The notes under the pieces are model-generated. The model made no database searches. It worked only from the letters and a program-made list of their open reading frames with translations, and had not been told where the DNA came from. A program made the position numbers and the translations under genes. Of a stretch of 64,000 nucleotides of DNA, positions 31,803-38,622 are shown piece by piece. Source of the DNA: Terriglobia bacterium (lineage in GTDB: Bacteria; Acidobacteriota; Terriglobia; 20CM-2-55-15); the NCBI GenBank assembly GCA_965218085.1, contig CBDCKF010000002.1, positions 3,336,288 through 3,400,287 on the forward strand. The letters run 5' to 3'. Position 1 is the first letter of the stretch; each line of letters begins with the position of its first letter.

Positions 31803-33041
31803 CTACGCAGTCATGCTGAGTTCGTTCACAGCGGCGTCGAATTCTCCCAGCTTGGCTTCAATTGTTTTGGGGGCTTGAAGGTTCAGCGCATCCTGTGTCT
31901 TTAAGCCGTTTCCAGTATTCGCAATAACGGTGAGGTCTTGCCGCTTGATCTTGCCTTGAGCCACGAGTTTTCGTGTGACGCCCAAAGCGACACCACCGGC
32001 AGTTTCGGCGTAGATGCCTTCCATTTCCGCCAGCAGCTGGATGTTTTCGACAATCTCTCGGTCGGTAACATCTTCGCCCCATCCGCCGGATTCCGTGATG
32101 ACTTCCACTGCATAGTACCCGTCGGCTGGCGATCCAATGGCTAGTGACTTGGCAATGGTCGATGGCTTGACGGGCCGAATATTGCGGGTGCCGTTCTTGA
32201 CTGCTGCCGTGATGGGATTGCAACCCGTCGCTTGAGCGCCGAAGATCTTCGTCCGAACGGGTTCATCGAGCAATCCGAGGCTTTCCAACTCTTTCATTCC
32301 GAGTTGCGTTTTCGTGATCAAGGATCCGCCGGCCATGGGTATAACGATTGCGTCCGGTGCACGCCACCCAAGTTGCTCGGCAATTTCGTATCCGAAAGAT
32401 TTCGATCCATCGCCGTAATAGGGGCGTAGGTTGACGTTGACGAATCCCCAGCCGTACCGGTCCGCGATCTGGCTGCACAGGCGGTTGACGTCGTCGTAGT
32501 TGCCGCGAACGGAAATAACGTGAGAACCGTAGACGGAAGTCGCGTTGACCTTTGCCGCTTCCAGGTTATCCGGAATCAATATCCAAGCCGGCAGTCCAGC
32601 TGCAGCCGCATTGGCGGCGACGGAATTTGCCAGGTTCCCCGTGGAGGCACACCCGACGGCCTGGAGACCAAACTCGAGGGCCTTGTTGATTGCGACAGCA
32701 GTTACGCGGTCTTTGAACGAAAGTGTCGGGAAGTTAACACTGTCATTCTTGACATAAAGCTCATCAATGCCGATAGCGCGGCCTAGGCGTTCTGCTCGAA
32801 CCAGAGGCGTGCCTCCTGTATCCAGTCCGATCTGGGGGTCATCGTCGATCGGGAGGAGTTCGCGATAACGCCAGATAGAGTTATTGCGCGAGCGGATGAC
32901 ATCACGAGTGAGCACCTTGGCGATAGCCTCGTAGTCGTATTCGACCTTGAGAGGGGCGAAGCATTCCTGACAACCGGCAATCGGGCGTTTCGGGTATTTA
33001 CGGCCGCATTCACGGCAGCTTAACCCTGTAACAAAACTCAT
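31803..33041 (-). CDS. thrC: Threonine-synthase-family PLP enzyme with N-terminal Cys4 zinc ribbon
   Basis: CRECG...CQEC ribbon. PLP-lysine motif SFKDR. Start set at MSFVTG, which has a GGAGGAGAG RBS. The ORF track extends further to 33119. Confidence 0.8.
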   Translation of the reverse strand: MSFVTGLSCRECGRKYPKRPIAGCQECFAPLKVEYDYEAIAKVLTRDVIRSRNNSIWRYRELLPIDDDPQIGLDTGGTPLVRAERLGRAIGIDELYVKNDSVNFPTLSFKDRVTAVAINKALEFGLQAVGCASTGNLANSVAANAAAAGLPAWILIPDNLEAAKVNATSVYGSHVISVRGNYDDVNRLCSQIADRYGWGFVNVNLRPYYGDGSKSFGYEIAEQLGWRAPDAIVIPMAGGSLITKTQLGMKELESLGLLDEPVRTKIFGAQATGCNPITAAVKNGTRNIRPVKPSTIAKSLAIGSPADGYYAVEVITESGGWGEDVTDREIVENIQLLAEMEGIYAETAGGVALGVTRKLVAQGKIKRQDLTVIANTGNGLKTQDALNLQAPKTIEAKLGEFDAAVNELSMTA

Positions 33042-33317
33042 GTTTTTCTCTCCTCGATCCGGCGCGACATTGGGTTGGCCCAAAAGAAAGGGTTGACCCA
33101 AAAAAGAACCCCGCGCCATACAGCGCGGGGTTCTTCCTGAAATCCTCCGGACTGTTTAGCACATCTTTTACGTGGAGCAATTTGTCTTAAATCGCCACGC
33201 TGCCCATACTACAAAAACCCTACGCCAAACGGGCGCAGGGCTTTGTGGGACACCTGAGCTGTTTAGCACATCTTTAACGTGGAGCAATTTGCGTAAATCA
33301 CCACGCTTAAAACCAGC
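33042..33317 (-). promoter_or_regulatory. Approx. 276-nt structured leader of the thrC-like operon (tandem ~52-nt repeats plus terminator); candidate attenuator/riboswitch
   Basis: Lies between the predicted TSS and the ATG. Two direct repeats (+33151-33200 and 33256-33305), each containing a CGUGG/CCACG stem. It ends in an intrinsic terminator. Confidence 0.5.
33100..33133 (-). terminator. Intrinsic terminator/attenuator hairpin GAACCCCGCGC-loop-GCGCGGGGTTC followed by a T-run, 59 nt upstream of the thrC-like ATG
   Basis: Perfect 11-bp GC-rich stem. TTTTTT follows on the transcribed strand. Confidence 0.7.
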
Positions 33318-33323
33318 CCAAAA

Positions 33324-33352
33324 ATCATAGCGCGGGGCATCTGCCGCGTCAA
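33324..33352 (-). promoter_or_regulatory. Sigma70-like promoter TTGACG-17-TATGAT driving the thrC-like leader
   Basis: On the minus strand, TTGACG and TATGAT lie 17 nt apart, directly downstream of the histidine kinase stop codon. Confidence 0.6.
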
Positions 33353-33380
33353 CTTTTGTTTTTGACGGATGCTATGACTG

Positions 33381-35327
33381 TTAGCGGCCTCCGGTAAGCT
33401 GGGGCCACATCTGCAAACTTGTCGGGAGGCTGACCGTTAAGGTTGTTCCTCGCCCCACCTCGCTTTCAACAGTTATCCGGCCGCTGTGTTTTTCGACGAT
33501 GTTGTAAGAGGCGATCAGTCCAAGGCTTGCCTTGACCCGGGATCCGGTCTTGCTGAACGTGGGATCGAACAATCGCGATAGCTGATCTTCAGGTATTCCG
33601 ACGCCCGTGTCGGAAAATTCGAGCTTCACGCGTCCACTCTCGGCGCGGGTTCGAATTGTAATAGTGCCCTCGCCGCGAATCGCCTGAGCAGCATTCGTAA
33701 GGAGGTTGAGGAACATCTGGTTGAGTTCACTTACATATGAAGGGACCAGAGGAAGGGCCCCGTATTCACGCACTACCTGGATTCGGTTTCCGATTCGAGT
33801 TTCAAGAAGCGTCAAAGTTGTTTCGATACCTTCATGGATGTCGATCGGTTCAAACACTGCACGGTCGATTCGAGTGAAGCTTTTCAGGCTTGTCACAAGT
33901 TTTCCAATCCTTTTGATTGCCAACTCTGTGACATGTTTGTTCTCTTCAAGACTCTCCAGTGCAGTCTGAAGGTTTCGATTTGCACGTATTTCTTCTGCCG
34001 TAGAACCGGTTTTCAATGCCATCTGGAGATCGGCCGTGCATTTCGAAACGAGGCCAACGGCGCTGTTGATTACGCCGACCGGCGTATTCAGCTCATGAAT
34101 GATTCCTGCAACGATCCCGCCCAATGCCGCCATTTTTTCCGCCTGTATCAGTTGAGTTTCCGCAGCCTTCAGTTCTGACAGGAGTTCTTCGAGCTGGGTG
34201 TTTTTCTCCTGAAGCTCGACGTTCTTCAGGCGGGCAATTTCAGCCGCATGCTCCGATTTCTCGACCTCAAATTCGATTTGAAGATTCTTGACTCGGGAAA
34301 CGGCTTCTTCGCCAGTGACCTCTTCTTTGATGCGGTGAAAGGTCCGATGGTGGTCCAAAGCCTTGTCCAGATTTCCGGCCAATTCGTATGCGAGAGAGAG
34401 CGCTTCGTGGCATTGGTAGACACGCGGTTTGGCTCTGACTTGCGTTGCTATTTCCAGCGCGTCGCTCAGAGTGTCGATTGCCAGGGCAGCGTCGAGTTCT
34501 TTTATTGCGAGGTGTCCGAGGTTGAGCAGGCTGGTGCTTTCGGCCTGGCGATAGCCCATGCGGCGGCGGATTTCCAGACTTTGTTGATGAAGATCTCGTG
34601 CCCTCTCATAATCATCGACGTTCTGGTAGATCGCTCCGAGATCGTTCAACGCCCGTGCTTCGCCCATGAGATTGCTTTGAGATTGGAAAATGTCCAGTGC
34701 GCGTTGGTGGTAGTCAGCTGCTTCTTCATAGTCGCCGAGCGTCTGATAGATGGTACCGATGCCGCTCAAAGTCCGCGCCTCGCCAATCGGGTTTTCCATA
34801 TCTCTGAACATCTTCATGGCCCGATTTTCGTATTCCAGTGCGCGCTCGTAGTCTCCCAATTCGTGATAGCCGGCTCCGATCCCGTGGACCGTCCAGGCCT
34901 CCTCGCTTTGGTTTCCCGATTCTTTGAATAACTTCAGTGCCTTGAAAGCATTAGCCAGGGCTCGATCGTATTCGCCCATGCTGAGATCTACCTGTGCCAG
35001 AGCGGCCAGGTTTCTTCCGCGGCCCTCGGGATCTGTCAGAGCGTCAAAGAGTGACAGGGAATCCCTAAGGATCGGCAGAGCGGCGTCGTGATTGGACAGA
35101 ACCATCTCAGCGAGGCCGATTGACAGTGTGCCGTAAGCAATTCCTAAGTCGTAGTCGAGGCGGCGCGCGATTTCGAGGGCACGACGGGAAATGTCCAACG
35201 CCCGCTTCGGTTCGTTGGCCCCTACCTTGCGTGCGAGCCTGACCATGAGATCCACCGTCTCCGGTGTCTCGTTTCCGCTTGAGTCGAAGGCCGCAACTCT
35301 GTCTTCAAGTTCCTGAATGTCGCTCAT
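33381..35327 (-). CDS. TPR-repeat sensor histidine kinase (HisKA + HATPase_c)
   Basis: Multiple TPR-like repeats in the N-terminal half. H-box region and ATPase motifs (NLLTNAAQAI, DTGVGI, GLGL) in the C-terminal half. Confidence 0.8.
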   Translation of the reverse strand: MSDIQELEDRVAAFDSSGNETPETVDLMVRLARKVGANEPKRALDISRRALEIARRLDYDLGIAYGTLSIGLAEMVLSNHDAALPILRDSLSLFDALTDPEGRGRNLAALAQVDLSMGEYDRALANAFKALKLFKESGNQSEEAWTVHGIGAGYHELGDYERALEYENRAMKMFRDMENPIGEARTLSGIGTIYQTLGDYEEAADYHQRALDIFQSQSNLMGEARALNDLGAIYQNVDDYERARDLHQQSLEIRRRMGYRQAESTSLLNLGHLAIKELDAALAIDTLSDALEIATQVRAKPRVYQCHEALSLAYELAGNLDKALDHHRTFHRIKEEVTGEEAVSRVKNLQIEFEVEKSEHAAEIARLKNVELQEKNTQLEELLSELKAAETQLIQAEKMAALGGIVAGIIHELNTPVGVINSAVGLVSKCTADLQMALKTGSTAEEIRANRNLQTALESLEENKHVTELAIKRIGKLVTSLKSFTRIDRAVFEPIDIHEGIETTLTLLETRIGNRIQVVREYGALPLVPSYVSELNQMFLNLLTNAAQAIRGEGTITIRTRAESGRVKLEFSDTGVGIPEDQLSRLFDPTFSKTGSRVKASLGLIASYNIVEKHSGRITVESEVGRGTTLTVSLPTSLQMWPQLTGGR

Positions 35328-35405
35328 GTCTATCCATCGTAATTGTGGATGGTGTGTCAGTCAGCGGAAGGCACCGATCAATTATGTCACAATGGATTGG
35401 TATCC

Positions 35406-35744
35406 CTATAGCAGCTCGTGGCAGAAGTCTCGAGGGCCGCGTTGCGGCCAAACGGGGCTGGATTACAGGAGGCGACTTGGCGACGACCGGACGTCGCGAC
35501 GACGAGACAATGCTCATTCTATTGGAAGGAGTCGGCGACTAAGAAGACGGCCCGTTTCGCCGTAACCCTTTGGACGCATGGGGGTTCGGGCCGCAGGCAT
35601 CGTCCGGCATTGCTAAGGCCGGTCACGATGGGAAGACAGCGCCCGCAGCCTCGGTTTCAAACCTCGGTAGCCGCTCCTCACTTCGCGCCTGCGACCCGAA
35701 GACCTCTGCGCGCGGCCCTCGAGACTTCTGCCACGGACTGTTAG
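35406..35744 (+). repeat. Structured MITE-like repeat, copy D (diverged; its termini resemble the ends of the IS at 61598-63111)
   Basis: ~34-bp terminal inverted repeat CTATAGCAGCTCGTGGCAGAAGTCTCGAGGGCCGCG. Shares internal blocks with A-C (GGCCAAACGG..CTGGATT, CCGTTTCGCCGTAACCCTTTGG..CATGGGGGTT). Confidence 0.7.
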
Positions 35745-35843
35745 TGTAGGAACGGACACTGAATTCAGCATCTCTTTGAAATGATGGCCTGTCCGATATA
35801 GCGAAATAGGCGAAGCTGTCCCGAATTCAGTTGAAACCTTCGA

Positions 35844-37170
35844 TCAGTAGTGTCCCAACGTTAGTTGAATAGATTCAGTTGTTTGGAGTTCTCCGAGTCT
35901 GAATCTTGATAGTCGAGGGCGGAAAGGGCCTTTAAAAGGGGCGTTTTTTCGAAAACGGTGACGCTGACGATCTGGAGAATTCGGTAGAGACTGGCGTTGA
36001 CATTGAGCCGTTTTTTCACGATGGCAACAAGCAAATAGACCGAGATGGCGGTCCAGATTTGAGTCTTCAGCGCATTGGGGGTTGTGCCGTAGAACGCCTT
36101 GATGCGTAGGTGCTGTTTGATCCACTTGAAGAACAGTTCGACCTGCCAGCGGCAGCGATAGAGTTGGGCAATGGTCGCCGCTGGCAGCGCGAAATTGTTG
36201 GTCAGGAAGACGAGGTACTTGTTGTGCTCTCGATCGAGAAAGCGAATGCGGCGGAGTTTTTCTGGATAGCGCTTGCGAGAGTAAAAGCCGCGTAGGCTGA
36301 TGATCTGATCGCTGAGGACTCCGGTGGACTTGTCCACATCGAGTGAATAAAGACGATTGAAGACGAAATTCTTTTTCGCGCGTGTCACGAAGAACGCCGC
36401 CGCGACACTGATTTTGTACAGGCGCCGGAAATCCAGATAACCGCGATCCATGATGTAGAAGGCTCCGGGCTCGAAGGCGAGTTGATCCAGAAGATGGAGG
36501 TCGTGAACTTTGCCGTGTGTAATCAGGATAAAGGAAGGAATATTGCCGCGCAGATCCAGAACCGTGTGCAGTTTGACAGCTCCCTTGTGCTTGCGGAAGC
36601 GTGCCCACGGGAACAGGGAAAGACACAGATCGATCGTTGTGGCATCGAGTGCGTAAACCGTCTGCTTGAGGTCGACACCGAAACTGTCGCCAACATAGAG
36701 CTCGCGAGCCATGGAGATCAGCGTCTGGGCGAAGTCGGCATAGATACGCCAATCGCGCACCTGATTCGCATTCGCAAGGGTGTTGCGGGAGACGCGGCTG
36801 CGAATGCCCATGTGATAAAGCTTCGTGCCAGCCGAACGCAGACAGGCTTCGATATCGCGCAGACTCTCCCGGTAGGTCAATTGCGCGAACGCCATGCACA
36901 GAAACTGATCCCAGCAGGAAAAACGTTGGAGTTTGTAGTTGCCACGGTAGCGATCGACGCATCGACGAAAGTCTTGACGGGGAAGAAAGTCCATCAGCTG
37001 AGAGAAGATCGTCTTGCCGGAATTCATAGGCCGCCTCCTGCCGCAAAGTCGCGGAAGGATGCCGCCAGTACGCAATCAAATTCAAATCGATTTTGGCTCT
37101 CAGCCGATCTAACATGACCATTCTCAATAACCTATGGGCGACGCCCATCTAAACGTTGGGACACTACTGA
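35844..37170 (-). mobile_element. IS4-family insertion sequence (1327 bp) nested in the left inverted repeat of the IS256-family element, with a 7-bp target duplication CCTTCGA
   Basis: Perfect ~19-bp inverted repeat TCAGTAGTGTCCCAACGTT / AACGTTGGGACACTACTGA. CCTTCGA is present at 35837-35843 and 37171-37177. Confidence 0.75.
35861..37027 (-). CDS. IS4-family DDE transposase (DUF4372-type N-terminus)
   Basis: MNSGKTIFSQLMDFLP N-terminus. C-terminal YRCRWQVELFFKWIKQHLRIK is typical of IS4-family DDE_Tnp_1. Confidence 0.8.
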   Translation of the reverse strand: MNSGKTIFSQLMDFLPRQDFRRCVDRYRGNYKLQRFSCWDQFLCMAFAQLTYRESLRDIEACLRSAGTKLYHMGIRSRVSRNTLANANQVRDWRIYADFAQTLISMARELYVGDSFGVDLKQTVYALDATTIDLCLSLFPWARFRKHKGAVKLHTVLDLRGNIPSFILITHGKVHDLHLLDQLAFEPGAFYIMDRGYLDFRRLYKISVAAAFFVTRAKKNFVFNRLYSLDVDKSTGVLSDQIISLRGFYSRKRYPEKLRRIRFLDREHNKYLVFLTNNFALPAATIAQLYRCRWQVELFFKWIKQHLRIKAFYGTTPNALKTQIWTAISVYLLVAIVKKRLNVNASLYRILQIVSVTVFEKTPLLKALSALDYQDSDSENSKQLNLFN

Positions 37171-37196
37171 CCTTCGATGGCGGTTCAGTTCATCAG

Positions 37197-38477
37197 TTAA
37201 GCCACCTTTGACGGATCGTCGCCAGTGACCAGGTCGTTGAGTTTGGCCTGGAGCATCCAGAGATCCTTATATCCCAGAATTCTGCGGAAGTTTTTCTCGG
37301 TATCGAGGAAGGAGGCCGCCGCCCATCGCAGGGCCATGTCGGCATTCTTCCATCGGCCCACACGACGGGTCCGGATACGCATCCCGGAGTGCGAACTGTC
37401 GATGAGGTTCGTCGACCCCAGACAACGGCGAAGAGCCGGAGACAGTTCGAGACGGTTGATGGTGAACATTTCGTCGAGTCCTTCCTTGAGACTGGCCGCA
37501 GCATCCGGATGCTGAGACCGCAACCATTCGGCTTGCTTTCGGATCCGGGCGATGCCTTCCTTCCACGGCAAGCGGAACGCGGCTTTCATGACGGAAACGA
37601 CCTGCGGAGCCAATTCGTCGGGGAGCTTCGCCGCGACGTTCCGGATCTTGTGGTTGCGGCATCGCTGGACCGGATTCTGACGGCCAAAGACCTTGTCGAT
37701 CGCGCTCCGCAGCGCTTTTGCGCCGTCAATGACGAACAGGTACCGCCGACCTGGATCGATGCCCCGGTCGACGAGATCCTCCAGCAGCGTGACCGCCGTG
37801 GCCGCGTTCTCGCTCGCGCCGTCCTTTATTCCCAGGACGACCTTCTCGCCGCTGGAATCCACGCCCACGGCGCAAAGCACGTGAAATTCTCCGAAGATCA
37901 CGCCGTCCAGATAGATCACCAGGAACTCCCGGTCCTCGAACCGGCGTTCGCTCAGCCGCTTCAACTCCTTCCCGCTCTGCTCAACGAATTCCCGGCTCAC
38001 CGACGACTTGCTGACACCGACCGTGTCGGCCATCTGGGGAATGACCCGTTCGTATTGCCGGGTCGAGACGTTCGACATCAGGATCTCCAGAACCCGGCTG
38101 CCGATCGTCCCGTTCGCGTTGATCGCCTCGTAGGCCGGGATCTCGACCTCCTGGCCTTTACCCCGCCCCTTCTTCCGAAGTCGGGGCTTTCGGACTCGCA
38201 GCTTGCGATCCGACAGCCGCACGCTGCCAGCCTGCCTGCCGTGCCAACGAATCGACTCCTTCGCCCGGCCCCGCTGCTTCTCTCCGGCCACACCCTGCGC
38301 CGACAACTGCAACACGGCCTCGATACTGGCACGTCCCAACACGTCGATCAACTCGTCGATCGCCATCCGCGACCCTTCGATCAGCTCGACCATCGGCAGC
38401 AGAATCTGCCCGTTCTCTGTCAAATATTCCGCCAACGACTGGCTGTCGTCGCGGCTCACGATTCGGTATGCTTTCAT
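37197..38477 (-). CDS. IS256-family (mutator-type) transposase
   Basis: Conserved blocks VIYLDGVIFG, CAVGVDSSGEKVVLG, LFVIDGAKALRSAI and QRCRNHKIRNV. Confidence 0.85.
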   Translation of the reverse strand: MKAYRIVSRDDSQSLAEYLTENGQILLPMVELIEGSRMAIDELIDVLGRASIEAVLQLSAQGVAGEKQRGRAKESIRWHGRQAGSVRLSDRKLRVRKPRLRKKGRGKGQEVEIPAYEAINANGTIGSRVLEILMSNVSTRQYERVIPQMADTVGVSKSSVSREFVEQSGKELKRLSERRFEDREFLVIYLDGVIFGEFHVLCAVGVDSSGEKVVLGIKDGASENAATAVTLLEDLVDRGIDPGRRYLFVIDGAKALRSAIDKVFGRQNPVQRCRNHKIRNVAAKLPDELAPQVVSVMKAAFRLPWKEGIARIRKQAEWLRSQHPDAAASLKEGLDEMFTINRLELSPALRRCLGSTNLIDSSHSGMRIRTRRVGRWKNADMALRWAAASFLDTEKNFRRILGYKDLWMLQAKLNDLVTGDDPSKVA

Positions 38478-38622
38478 TCGGCGGTTCCTCCTCTGTAAGG
38501 TTTCCCAACCCCGATTCTACGGAGTCGGAAGGATGGAACCGCCATCTAACTTTCAACTAGAAATCGGACACCTTCAAAAAATAGGCGTCCCTCAAGATTA
38601 GGACACGACCTCCGGTACAGAA

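Larger units (their letters stand above)
35812..38579 (-). mobile_element. IS256-family insertion sequence carrying a nested IS4-family element; flanked by an 8-9 bp direct repeat AAATAGGC(G)
   Basis: Imperfect ~38-bp terminal inverted repeat GAAGSTGTCC..AGTTGAAA..GATGGCGGTTC at both ends. The direct repeat lies at 35804-35811 and 38580-38587. The single mutator-type transposase ORF is on the minus strand. Confidence 0.65.

Noticed and set aside
35844-37148. 434-aa ORF overlapping the IS4 transposase in a different frame
   Set aside because: The 35861..37027 frame carries the DUF4372/DDE transposase motifs. The alternative frame is Arg/Ser/Pro-rich without motifs.
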